In this document: one piece after another, positions 44,801 to 53,563 of the stretch | Layout: every line of letters starts with the position of its first letter | Position numbering within the stretch: position 1 is the first letter of the stretch | Source: Desulfobacterales bacterium | Lineage (GTDB): Bacteria > Desulfobacterota > Desulfobacteria > Desulfobacterales > C00003060 | DNA: 64,000 nt | Reading direction: 5' to 3' | NCBI GenBank assembly: GCA_030616475.1 | Contig: JAUWXF010000001.1 | Span: forward strand, 6,845-70,844 | Position numbers and translations under genes: made by a program | Notes under the pieces: generated by a model | What the model saw: only the letters and a program-made list of their open reading frames with translations | Database searches by the model: none | Told to the model about the DNA's origin: nothing

Positions 44801-45126
44801 ACGTACCGGGGTTTCTCCCGAACCGTTACCTGGAAATGGCCTTCTTCACCGGTGACGCTTTCCAGCTCCGCAGAGGTAATCAGATTGATATTGAGATGCC
44901 GGCCGACCTCGACCAGCTTGGGGGAGATGATTCACATGGCGCATTCGTTGGTGGGGAAGGTCTTATCAAGCTGTGCCATGCCCCCACCGATAGCGGAGTT
45001 TTTTTCCAGAAGATGAACATAATAGCCTGAATTGGCCAGATCCAGGGAAGCCTGCATCCCGGCTATGCCACCGCCCACGACTAAAACCGACCCGACGGCC
45101 CCTTTGCCAGGTTCTTTGTTTTTCAT
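41845..45126 (-). CDS. Double HdrA-like flavoprotein (QmoA-like + QmoB-like fusion, 1093 aa) with an in-frame TGA (predicted Sec) at 44932..44934
   Basis: Track ORFs 44932..45126 (..[11 protein letters not shown]) and 41845..44748 share one frame. The bridging translation is [65 protein letters not shown]. The hairpin GAGGUCGGCCGGCAUCUC (44893..44910) lies 21 nt 3' of the UGA. Confidence 0.9.
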
Positions 45127-45142
45127 GTTTTCTCCTGCCTCG

Positions 45143-45167
45143 AACTTGATAGTATGGGAATTTCCTT
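45143..45167 (-). promoter_or_regulatory. Motif B (AACTTGATAGTATGGGAATTTCCTT) in the leader of the 41845..45126 gene
   Basis: Matches 35738..35762 with one substitution. Confidence 0.4.
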
Positions 45168-45448
45168 CCGTTATTCCAATTACCGGAAAGCCACTAAATT
45201 CGCGCCTCGGCAGCGCGTCCCCACCTAAAATTCCTGTGCTTCAAACCTTGACCCCCATAGCATTCAGGCTGATCGTTGTCAAGCAAAAAAAAGGCAAAGA
45301 TCTGGCGTAGCCTCTCCAGGCCTGAGACCAGCCGCGACGGTCGCGGCAAGCCCGCCCTGCCTGCCCTGGACTCCGGCTCGTAGAGGCACGAGCCTACGCC
45401 TCGGAGAGCGCGATAGCCTTAGCATTGATGTCCGTCCCCATCATCCCG

Positions 45449-45532
45449 GCCCGCCCTGCCCGCCCTGGCGCGACAGAAGCTGGAGCATGCCACAGAGAGA
45501 AAAACCCGGTCTGGGCCAGGGTCTGGGCTAGG
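45449..45532 (+). repeat. Family-1 element
   Basis: GCCCGCCCTGCCCGCCCTGGCGCGACAGAAGCTGGAGCATGCCACAGAGAGAAAAACCCGGTCTGGGCCAGGGTCTGGGCTAGG. Confidence 0.85.
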
Positions 45533-45867
45533 GGCGCTACCTCCTTAAATTAATCTACTAAGCCTATAATGCCGGTCTGGGCCAGGGAATGCCGCTCCGA
45601 CATAACACCTGTTGATAGGATGAAAATAGACCTACTTTTTCCTTGACACCTCCCTTGATATTTGCTAATGCCTTGCGCAATTTTTTGCTATCTGGAGGCC
45701 GTGAACGCCGACAATAGTTCTTGGTGTCGTTAGGCGCTTAAGAGTAAAGTTCGTGTTCTTACTGGCAGAAAATTATAAAAAACAATCACGCCTTTTCTCA
45801 AGGCGAAAAGCCGCAAAGCACGAAATAGAACAACTTTCAGACTTTCGTGTCTTCGTCCTTTCGTGCT

Positions 45868-45933
45868 CCTGCCCGCCATTGCCACGTATGCTAGCATTGA
45901 AGCTGTATGCCGTGCCAGGCGATGGCAGGCGGG
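45868..45933. repeat. Family-6 hairpin
   Basis: CCTGCCCGCCATTGCCACG...GCCAGGCGATGGCAGGCGGG. Confidence 0.7.
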
Positions 45934-46094
45934 TTCGTGAAAAATTTATTTTTCTTGTTCCGGCTTGTCCGGGTTAGGTTTCTGAAAACCCAACATGATA
46001 ATGAAATTGCTGGCATGTCACAGGAGTAATAGTATTAGAATCTTTAAGCGGTCAGCCAAGCGAACAAAGAGAGAAAGGAACGTGAGGTAATAAG

Positions 46095-46460
46095 ATGACA
46101 TCAAAGGGAGAACAAGCGTTCGCATTTGCCCTTGCGGCGATATTACTCGTCGTAGGCGTTGTATGCTATGCCGCCTTTCCGCAAGAAGAACCTGAAGAAC
46201 CTGTAAGACTCATGTTCAAGAGCACTGCTGGAAAGATCTTGTTTGATCACAAAACCCATACTGCCGACGCAGGGTATGGCATTGCGTGCGATGATTGCCA
46301 TCACGAAGAGCAGGAAGGTTCCAGCTCGTGTAGTGGTGAGGACTGCCATGGCCCGGACAGCGACCCAAAAAGGGGCGATGCCCTGCACACCAATTGCAAA
46401 GGCTGCCACGAAGAGAGCGGGGCAGGTCCGGTCGAATGTGCGACATGTCATGTTATGTAG
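46095..46460 (+). CDS. Small membrane-anchored tetraheme cytochrome c (c3-type)
   Basis: 121-aa ORF with an N-terminal hydrophobic helix AFAFALAAILLVVGVVCYAAF. Heme motifs are CDDCH, CSGEDCH (Cx4CH), CKGCH and CATCH, with extra His residues (FDHKTH). Confidence 0.85.
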   Translation: MTSKGEQAFAFALAAILLVVGVVCYAAFPQEEPEEPVRLMFKSTAGKILFDHKTHTADAGYGIACDDCHHEEQEGSSSCSGEDCHGPDSDPKRGDALHTNCKGCHEESGAGPVECATCHVM

Positions 46461-46485
46461 CGGGCACCTGGGATAATGGAATGTT

Positions 46486-46550
46486 GGCCCGCCCTGGCGC
46501 GACATGAGAATAATAAGCGGTGCCATGTAAAAACCCGGTCTGGGCCAGGG
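46486..46550 (+). repeat. Family-1 element (variant loop)
   Basis: GGCCCGCCCTGGCGCGACATGAGAATAATAAGCGGTGCCATGTAAAAACCCGGTCTGGGCCAGGG. Confidence 0.8.
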
Positions 46551-46614
46551 AATACTGGGCACGAAGTGAAGCTGCGCGCTATATTGGGTTAAGAGGAACT
46601 TTCTTAATTTTCGA

Positions 46615-46655
46615 GCGGCGAAGCCGCGTTACATAAAATCGCGAAGCGATTTTAT
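46615..46655. repeat. Family-5 double mini-hairpin upstream of rnfC
   Basis: GCGGCGAAGCCGCGTTACATAAAATCGCGAAGCGATTTTAT, with both loops reading GAA. Confidence 0.8.
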
Positions 46656-46668
46656 AAAGGGTTAAGCT

Positions 46669-47934
46669 ATGATAAAGAGATCTTTTTTAGGTTTGGCCAA
46701 GCCGAGGTTACAGTACAATCTGGTTCCAGATCCGATCCAGGAGCTTCCAATTCCAGGCACTGTTACATTGTTGTTGAAAGAGCCGCAAAACGGAGGGGGT
46801 GCAACCGCTCTCAAAGTTGGCGATGCTGTCAAGACGGCCCAGAGACTCGCCGCATCACCGGACAGTGCCGAATATGTCATTTCATCGGTGACGGGAACCG
46901 TATCGGCCATGGCCCCTTATATTGATGCCTATGGCCAGAAATACACTGCCATCACCATCCAGGCCAGCGGCCAGGACGACTGGGATGATGAGTTCAAAAA
47001 GGAACAGACCATTGATACGGCCCTGAAGTTTTTTGAATACGCCCCCGGAAGCCCTTCTTTCAAGCCGTTTGCCGATCCCGAAAAGAGCATACGGACCATC
47101 GTCGTAAATGGGATGGATCAGGATTTACTCCTTACAGCCAATCAATATGCTGTCCAGAATGAGGCCGCTGAGATCAAGAGCGGTGTTCAAGCCTTAAGAA
47201 AGATGACAGGCGTGGACCGGATTGTTATCACAGTGCCAGACATCTTAGTTCAGCAAGCCAATACCACAGGTGCAGAAGTTAAGACTGTCAGCGCCACCTA
47301 TCCTGACGGCCTCCCTCATATGATCATGAAAGAGGTGGTCGGCCAGGTGGTCCCAGGTGGTAACACCCCGGAGGACCAGGGTGTTTCCTTTATAAGCGCT
47401 GAAGCCGCGGCGGCATTAGGGGCTGCTTTTGAGACCGGCCAGCTTCGCGTTACTAAGGTCGTGACCGTGGTGGGAAAAGACGGCAAGACTACCAATGTTA
47501 GGACCCGAATCGGCACGCCCTTGAGGGATGTCCTTCAAGCTTGTAATGTCTCGCTGAACGATCGGGATCGTCTCATCCTGGGGGGGGCAATGAGAGGCGC
47601 CGCCACCTATTCCGTAGACCTGCCAATAGAACCCCGCACAGACGGCATCGTGGTTCAGGATGAGGCCGATAGCGCCCAGACCACGAATTATCCGTGCATC
47701 AACTGTGGTGAATGTATCAGGATCTGTCCGGTTAAGATCCCGGTGAACATGCTCGTCAGGTTCCTGGAGGCTCGCCTTTATGAAGACGCGGCGGCCATGT
47801 ACGATCTGGAATGCTGTATCGAGTGCGGGTTATGCTCGTATGTCTGTATATCCAGAATTCCTATTTTCCAATATATTATGCTCGGAAAGTATGAACTTGG
47901 CCTGATCAAGACAGCGGAGGCAGCATCAGCCTGA
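46669..47934 (+). CDS. rnfC: RnfC-like subunit with a degenerate nucleotide/FMN-binding region
   Basis: 421-aa ORF, first in the C-D-G-E-A-B order, with C-terminal CINCGECIRICP and CIECGLCSYVC. The region where RnfC normally has G-G-A-G-F-P-T and N-G-A-E-C-E-P-Y reads APGSPSFKPF and NGMDQDLL (about nt 47041..47142). Confidence 0.8.
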   Translation: MIKRSFLGLAKPRLQYNLVPDPIQELPIPGTVTLLLKEPQNGGGATALKVGDAVKTAQRLAASPDSAEYVISSVTGTVSAMAPYIDAYGQKYTAITIQASGQDDWDDEFKKEQTIDTALKFFEYAPGSPSFKPFADPEKSIRTIVVNGMDQDLLLTANQYAVQNEAAEIKSGVQALRKMTGVDRIVITVPDILVQQANTTGAEVKTVSATYPDGLPHMIMKEVVGQVVPGGNTPEDQGVSFISAEAAAALGAAFETGQLRVTKVVTVVGKDGKTTNVRTRIGTPLRDVLQACNVSLNDRDRLILGGAMRGAATYSVDLPIEPRTDGIVVQDEADSAQTTNYPCINCGECIRICPVKIPVNMLVRFLEARLYEDAAAMYDLECCIECGLCSYVCISRIPIFQYIMLGKYELGLIKTAEAASA

Positions 47935-47953
47935 TCGAAACTCTGGAGGCACT

Positions 47954-48922
47954 ATGAATAATGAAAAGAAACTTGTTGTTGCTCACGCCCCTTATTGGCA
48001 TGACGGCAGCAAGATATCGACAAAGAATTACAATATCATAATTGCCGCACTTCCGGCCGTGTTGATGGGCATTAGCCAGTACGGAGCACCGGCTCTCGCG
48101 GTGATTGCCTTTGCCATGGCCTGTGCCATGATCTGGGAAGTCATCATGAATCTTGTCCTGAGAAGGCCTATTCCCATTGGCGACGGCAGCGCTGCGGTGA
48201 CCGGGCTGCTCCTGGGGATGCTTATGCCTGCCACTGCGCCCTGGTGGGTAATTGCCCTGGGAACCTTTATTGCCATTATCGTGGGCAAACAGATATTCGG
48301 CGGAATCGGGTTTAATCCATTGAATCCTCCCCTACTCGCCCTGGCTATGCTCGTCATCTCGTTCAAGGGTGTCTTTGATTTTAACGTAGCCCTTCGCCAT
48401 TATGATCTGGGTTTTGTCATGACTTATCCCCTGGCCGATCTAAAGTACTTTGGCACAGAGGCCATTGCAAAGTTTAGCCTGGGCGATCTCATTATGGGCA
48501 GACAGGCAGGGGCCGTTGGATCCACATTCGGCCTGGGACTCATTGTAGGGGGCCTCTACCTTATGTTAAGAGGATATACGCGATGGGAGATCTCCCTTTC
48601 TTTCCTGGCAGGCGTGTTTATTACCGCCCTCCTGTTTAACCTCTCCGATCCCGCAAAATACGCCGGGCCGTTTTTCCACCTGTTTACGGGTTATACATTG
48701 ATCGCGGCCTTTTTCCTGGTGCCCGAGGACTCTTCATCTCCGGCTAACTTTATCCCCATGCTCATCTTTGGGGCGTTGGCCGGCCTGGGGACCGTACTTA
48801 TAAGAAATGTCGGGGTTTATGTGGATGGTATTCCTTTTTCCATCCTCCTCATGAATCTTGCTAATCCGCTTTTTGACAGAATTAGACCCAAAGCGATTGG
48901 AAAGGTGGTAGAAAATGCGTGA
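47954..48922 (+). CDS. rnfD: RnfD-like integral membrane subunit
   Basis: 322-aa polytopic hydrophobic ORF between rnfC and rnfG. Confidence 0.85.
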   Translation: MNNEKKLVVAHAPYWHDGSKISTKNYNIIIAALPAVLMGISQYGAPALAVIAFAMACAMIWEVIMNLVLRRPIPIGDGSAAVTGLLLGMLMPATAPWWVIALGTFIAIIVGKQIFGGIGFNPLNPPLLALAMLVISFKGVFDFNVALRHYDLGFVMTYPLADLKYFGTEAIAKFSLGDLIMGRQAGAVGSTFGLGLIVGGLYLMLRGYTRWEISLSFLAGVFITALLFNLSDPAKYAGPFFHLFTGYTLIAAFFLVPEDSSSPANFIPMLIFGALAGLGTVLIRNVGVYVDGIPFSILLMNLANPLFDRIRPKAIGKVVENA

Positions 48923-49508
48923 TGTCATCAGGATGATTGTGGTTCTGGCCACTCTGGCGGCCGTTTCCGGATTCGTGCTGTGGGGTGTTAAAACAGGCAC
49001 TGCGGCAAAAATCGAATACCAGCAGCTAAAGTTTGTAAAAGGCCCTGCCATAATAGAGATCTTGCAAGGATGCACCAACGACCCGATCGTTGATCGTTTC
49101 AAGATCAAAGACGGTGAAATAGAGAGGAGCTTTTATGTCGGGGTATTCGATGGCAAGGCGAATGCCGTAGCCTATGAGACCTTTGGCAAAGGCTTTGGCG
49201 GAGACATTGGCGTCATGGTGGGTGTCAACCTTGAGACGGATGAATTATTGGGTATGGGTGTCACCACCCACGCTGAGACCCCGGGCCTCGGTTCCAGGGC
49301 AAAAGATGATCCGTCTTTCAGGGCGCAGTTCAAGGGTTTGTCCATCACTGAGCCTATGAAGGTTAAACCGGACGGGGGGCAGATAGATGCAGTATCAGGC
49401 GCTACGATAACATCAAGGGGTGTGTGCCAGGGTGTTACGGACAGCGCAGAATTGTATAGCAGACTGAAGCCGCAAATCATAGAGCAAGCCAGGACCTTTG
49501 CTCAATAG
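48915..49508 (+). CDS. rnfG: RnfG-like FMN-binding subunit
   Basis: 197-aa ORF with an N-terminal anchor and the SGATITS flavinylation-type motif. It overlaps the rnfD stop by 8 nt. Confidence 0.85.
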   Translation: MRDVIRMIVVLATLAAVSGFVLWGVKTGTAAKIEYQQLKFVKGPAIIEILQGCTNDPIVDRFKIKDGEIERSFYVGVFDGKANAVAYETFGKGFGGDIGVMVGVNLETDELLGMGVTTHAETPGLGSRAKDDPSFRAQFKGLSITEPMKVKPDGGQIDAVSGATITSRGVCQGVTDSAELYSRLKPQIIEQARTFAQ

Positions 49509-49652
49509 TGTCCATCCAGAAATGGTAAGTTTTGTCACAAGACAAGGCCGCACAAAGGTTTCTACCGCAGTCGTAGCAACGCTACGTCGAGGATAGAAAC
49601 CTGCGGAGAACGCAGTATTGGGGCAAAAGATGCCGTTTCTGGATAGACACTA
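49506..49652 (+). other. Highly structured intercistronic element between rnfG and rnfE
   Basis: A 20-nt outer stem pairs UAGUGUCCAUCCAGAAAUGG (49506..49525) with CCGUUUCUGGAUAGACACUA (49633..49652): 18 Watson-Crick pairs, 1 G-U and 1 mismatch. It encloses small hairpins TTGTC-ACAA-GACAA, CGTAGC-AAC-GCTACG and CTGCG-GAGAA-CGCAG. Confidence 0.7.
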
Positions 49653-49668
49653 AATAGGGAGAAGAGTA

Positions 49669-50307
49669 ATGGCCAAAACAGTTGTTCAAGAATTTACCAA
49701 GGGGTTATGGGAGGAGGTCCCGCCTTTCAGACTTGTCCTCGGGCTGTGTCCGGTGTTGGCGGTGACCAAAACGGTGGCAAATGGCATCGGCATGGGGATT
49801 GCGACCACCTTTGTTCTTGTGTGTTCGAATATCCTGGTCTCTGTGCTTCGTAAGATCATACCAAGCCAGGTGAGGGTGCCCATTTTCATCATCATCATCG
49901 CGACCTTTGTGGTGGTCGTGGAACTCGTGATGCAGGCAGTAGCCTATGAGCTTTTTCTGCTGCTTGGGATCTTTATCCCCTTAATTGTGGTGAACTGTAT
50001 TATCCTTGGCCGGGCCGAGGCCTTTGCCTCCAAGAATGGCGTGTTACCATCAGCAGCAGACGGGCTCGGTATGGGCATCGGATTTACGATTTCCCTCGGT
50101 GTGCTGTCCGCTATTCGTGAGGCCTTCGGTAGTGGTACCTTCTCCATTCCATTCCCAGAGCAACTCGCTCCACTATTCGGGATAGATCCAGTCATTCAAC
50201 TGTTCGGGCCGTCCTTTCAGCCCTTTACGTTCATGGTTGAGGCCCCTGGCGCCTTTGTCTGCCTGGGCCTAATGCTCGCTGTGATGAATCTGTTTGGAAA
50301 AAAGTAA
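49669..50307 (+). CDS. rnfE: RnfE-like membrane subunit
   Basis: 212-aa hydrophobic ORF in the conserved position before rnfA. Confidence 0.85.
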   Translation: MAKTVVQEFTKGLWEEVPPFRLVLGLCPVLAVTKTVANGIGMGIATTFVLVCSNILVSVLRKIIPSQVRVPIFIIIIATFVVVVELVMQAVAYELFLLLGIFIPLIVVNCIILGRAEAFASKNGVLPSAADGLGMGIGFTISLGVLSAIREAFGSGTFSIPFPEQLAPLFGIDPVIQLFGPSFQPFTFMVEAPGAFVCLGLMLAVMNLFGKK

Positions 50308-50322
50308 TTAAGGAGTAGTCAG

Positions 50323-50898
50323 ATGGGAGATTATATTTTACTTGCCGTAGGCGCCATCCTGGTCAACAACATCTTGCTGATTCAGTACCTGGGTAACTGC
50401 CCCTTTCTGGGCACATCCAAGAAGATGGAGACCGCTACGGGGATGGCCATGGCCGTGGTCTTTGTCCTTGCCCTGGCAGGTATTATCACGTGGATCTTCG
50501 AGGCAGTCTTCCTGAAGCCGTTGGGCCTTGAGTATATCAGGACGATCGTATTCATCGTGGTGATCGCGTCGCTGGTGCAGTTCGTGGAAACCTTCATGAA
50601 GAAGAGCATCCCGGCACTTTATGCGGGCCTGGGTATCTTTCTCCCCCTCATTACTACCAACTGTGCGGTCATGGGTGTGTGCCTGATCAATATCAAGGAA
50701 GAGTATAACTTCCTGGAGATGCTTGTCTCCGCTATAGCCTACCCGGCTGGTTTTGGCCTTGCCCTGATTCTGTTTGCCGGGGTACGCGAGAGAATCATCA
50801 TAGGACGGGTGCCCGGGCCGTTGCAGGATGTTTCGATTGCCCTGGTTACGGCTGGATTTATGTCCCTTTCGTTTCTTGGGTTTAAAGGGATGATTTAG
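50323..50898 (+). CDS. rnfA: RnfA-like membrane subunit
   Basis: 191-aa hydrophobic ORF, paralogous in pattern to rnfE. Confidence 0.85.
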   Translation: MGDYILLAVGAILVNNILLIQYLGNCPFLGTSKKMETATGMAMAVVFVLALAGIITWIFEAVFLKPLGLEYIRTIVFIVVIASLVQFVETFMKKSIPALYAGLGIFLPLITTNCAVMGVCLINIKEEYNFLEMLVSAIAYPAGFGLALILFAGVRERIIIGRVPGPLQDVSIALVTAGFMSLSFLGFKGMI

Positions 50899-50899
50899 T

Positions 50900-50997
50900 G
50901 GATTGAATATTGACGATTGATGATTGACGATTGACAATTGAATATTTGAGGATCGAGGCTTGTTTTTACAATCTTCAATCGAAAATCGTCAATTGAT
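50900..50997. repeat. Stutter-hairpin element (GATTGACGATTG family) between rnfA and rnfB
   Basis: GGATTGAATATTGACGATTGATGATTGACGATTGACAATTGAAT faces CAATCTTCAATCGAAAATCGTCAATTGATTGG. Confidence 0.75.
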
Positions 50998-51019
50998 TGG
51001 TCCGGTTTAGGAGGAAGAA

Positions 51020-53110
51020 ATGTTAGAAGCCTTACTTCTCATGATGGGTTTAGGAGGTGTCGCCGGAACATTGCTGGGGGTTGCCTCCAGGATATTTTAT
51101 GTGTGGGAGGATCCCCGCATTGCGGAGGTAGAAAACTGTTTGGCCGGTGCTAACTGCGGTGGGTGCGGCTTTACTGGATGCGCTGCCTGCGCAAAGGCTA
51201 TTGTGGAGGGTAGAGCGGATGTGGGTGCCTGTCTCGTAGCGGGCGCGGATGGTGCAGCAAAGGTGGCTGCCGTTCTGGGTTTGGAGGCCGGCGCAGCCGA
51301 GCCGCTCACGTCACAAAACACCTGTACGGGCGGATTTAGGGCGCCTGAGAAATTCTCTTATATGGGCGTTAACGATTGCCGGGCTGCCTACCTGCTTTAT
51401 GCAGGGGCCAAGGATTGCGATGTGGGTTGCCTCGGGTTTGGGAGTTGTGTGAAGGCATGCCTGTTTGACGCCCTTAAGATTGGGCCTGATGGTTATCCTG
51501 TGGTTGACGCGGAAAAATGCGTGGGTTGCGGCGCCTGCGAAAAGGCATGCCCCAAGGGGATCATGCAGGTGCGCAAACCTTCTGATCGAATTCTCCATGT
51601 GAATCTTGTTACCGATCGTCTGGCCCCATGCCGTCAGACCTGCCCTGCTGAGATCAACATTCCCAAATATATCCACCATATTAGGAATAAGGAATACGAC
51701 AAGGCCTATCTGACCATTATGGAGCGCAATCCAATGCCCCTGTCTACGGGCCGGGTCTGTCCTCATCCGTGCGAAGATGCCTGTCGCAGGGCGTTGGCCG
51801 ATGATCCGGTTTCCATCAACCAACTGAAACGGTTCTGCTCAGACTGGGTCTACGATGAAGGGGCACAGGTGAAGATCCCTGTGGCACCTGATACGGGATA
51901 CAAGGTAGCCATTGTGGGTGGAGGGCCGAGTGGTCTTACGGCTGCCTATTTCTTGCGGCGCCTCGGCCACAAGGTAAAGATCTTTGAGTGGTTGCCCAAG
52001 TTAGGGGGGATGATCTACTACGGTATTCCCGAATACCGCCTGCCTAAAGAGATCCTTTACAAAGACATTAATCGGATTCTTGATCTCGGTATTGAGGTCA
52101 AGACCGACGTAAAATTCGGTGTGGACTTTGATCTTGAATCCCTTGTGGGAGGCGGTTTTGATGCCGTCCTCATGTCGATCGGGGCCATGAATCATGCCTC
52201 TGCCAGGATACCTGACGAAGACAAGGTCAAGGGAGTGGTCCCGGCCACAGACTTTCTTAGAAAACAGGGTTTGGGAGATCCGTATCGGGTCGGAAAAAAG
52301 GTTGGGATCATCGGCGGCGGGAATGTCGCTATGGATTGCTTGAGGTCCAGCGTTCGCCTGGGCGCTGAGAAGGTCTACTGCCTCTATCGGCGGACAATCA
52401 AGGAGATGCCTGCCAATGTGGTGGAGATAGAGGCGTGTGAGCACGAGGGGATCGAGTTTATTACTTTGTGTACCCCAACCAAGTTCACAACGGATGATGA
52501 GGGAAACCTCACAGGTATTGAATACCTGAAAAATGAGTTAGGAGAACCGGATGCGAGCGGCAGGCGCAAGCCCGTACCCATCGAAGGCTCTGAGACCGTG
52601 ATCCCCCTTGATAACTTTATCCTGGCAATAGGTCAGACCACCGATTCAGCCTTTGCGGATAAAGAAGGGACCGCAGTATCGAGGCTTGAAACCAAGAGGG
52701 GCTCGATTCTGAATGATCCGGATACTCATCAGACAGCCATCCCTTACGTGTTTACCAGCGGGGACTCCGCAGGACCTCCCGGGCTTTTGGTTGCGGCCAT
52801 TGGGGCCGGTAGGCGAGCTGCCAGGGGAATCCATAAGTATCTCATGGGAGAGGATATGGCATTTCCTCCGGCAAGGCTTCGGGTGGACTCAAGGCGCATG
52901 AAAGGTCACATACCCGGTACGATCTTCGATAGCATCGAGGGCATCAAGAAAAAAGGCCGCATTGCCCAGCCCGAGCTGGAGCCAGGCTCTTACGAAAGGC
53001 AGCATACTTATGCCGAGGTGGACCTGACGGTTACCGAGGAGGAGGCCCTGAAAGAGGCCAACCGTTGCATGCGGTGCTGTCTTACGTGTTATAACAAAGA
53101 CGCTAGATAA
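51020..53110 (+). CDS. rnfB: RnfB-like FeS subunit fused to an NfnB/GltD-like NAD(P)H:FAD module
   Basis: 696-aa ORF. It has an N-terminal anchor, CGGCGFTGC and CVGCGACEKACP (RnfB-type). The fused module has CPHPCEDAC, IVGGGPSGL, GGGNVAMD, DASGRRKP and a C-terminal EANRCMRCC. Confidence 0.85.
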   Translation: MLEALLLMMGLGGVAGTLLGVASRIFYVWEDPRIAEVENCLAGANCGGCGFTGCAACAKAIVEGRADVGACLVAGADGAAKVAAVLGLEAGAAEPLTSQNTCTGGFRAPEKFSYMGVNDCRAAYLLYAGAKDCDVGCLGFGSCVKACLFDALKIGPDGYPVVDAEKCVGCGACEKACPKGIMQVRKPSDRILHVNLVTDRLAPCRQTCPAEINIPKYIHHIRNKEYDKAYLTIMERNPMPLSTGRVCPHPCEDACRRALADDPVSINQLKRFCSDWVYDEGAQVKIPVAPDTGYKVAIVGGGPSGLTAAYFLRRLGHKVKIFEWLPKLGGMIYYGIPEYRLPKEILYKDINRILDLGIEVKTDVKFGVDFDLESLVGGGFDAVLMSIGAMNHASARIPDEDKVKGVVPATDFLRKQGLGDPYRVGKKVGIIGGGNVAMDCLRSSVRLGAEKVYCLYRRTIKEMPANVVEIEACEHEGIEFITLCTPTKFTTDDEGNLTGIEYLKNELGEPDASGRRKPVPIEGSETVIPLDNFILAIGQTTDSAFADKEGTAVSRLETKRGSILNDPDTHQTAIPYVFTSGDSAGPPGLLVAAIGAGRRAARGIHKYLMGEDMAFPPARLRVDSRRMKGHIPGTIFDSIEGIKKKGRIAQPELEPGSYERQHTYAEVDLTVTEEEALKEANRCMRCCLTCYNKDAR

Positions 53111-53147
53111 AATCGCTCCGCGATTTTATATAACGCGGCTACGCCGC
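53107..53147. repeat. Family-5 double mini-hairpin (inverted orientation) overlapping the rnfB stop
   Basis: ATAAAATCGCTCCGCGATTTTATATAACGCGGCTACGCCGC. Confidence 0.8.
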
Positions 53148-53171
53148 TCAAAAGTGGAAATTGCTTAGACG

Positions 53172-53217
53172 AAAAAAAAGTCCGTCTGCCTTAATTGGAC
53201 AGGCGGACTTTTTTTTG
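53172..53217 (+). terminator. Rho-independent (bidirectional) terminator after rnfB
   Basis: AAAAAAAAGTCCGTCTGCCTTAATTGGACAGGCGGACTTTTTTTT: a 9-10-bp stem flanked by an A-run and a T-run. Confidence 0.85.
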
Positions 53218-53287
53218 ACTTTACATGGTATAATCATATATAAAGAATTAGGTTAGTTCAGCCCATGTTGTCATTTCGAACGAATGT

Positions 53288-53408
53288 GCCCGCCCTGGCG
53301 CGACAGAAGCCGGAGAATGCCCAGCAGAGAAAAACCCGGTCTGGGCCAGGGAAGCTGGAGCATGCCACAGAGAGAAAAACCCGGTCTGGGCCAGGGTCTG
53401 GGCCAGGG
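53288..53408 (+). repeat. Family-1 element with an internally duplicated core (1.5 copies)
   Basis: GCCCGCCCTGGCGCGACAGAAGCCGGAGAATGCCCAGCAGAGAAAAACCCGGTCTGGGCCAGGG is followed by AAGCTGGAGCATGCCACAGAGAGAAAAACCCGGTCTGGGCCAGGGTCTGGGCCAGGG. Confidence 0.85.
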
Positions 53409-53563
53409 AGAAATCTTGATCGGAAAGTGACAGAAAAAGCAATGGGTGCTGAACTATTACGAATATAGGTTCACGAATTATTTCAATTGATCCAGAGAGG
53501 AGGTGGTACCAACCAGGTTTACTGGTAGTAGCCATATAACAACCCTATGAAAGGAGGTTCAAT

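Noticed and set aside
45643-45671. Sigma70-type promoter TTGACA-N17-TAATGC for the cytochrome/rnf cluster
   Set aside because: The -35 hexamer is perfect, but the -10 candidate matches TATAAT at only 2 of 6 positions and lies about 420 nt from the first gene. It is too weak to report as a feature.
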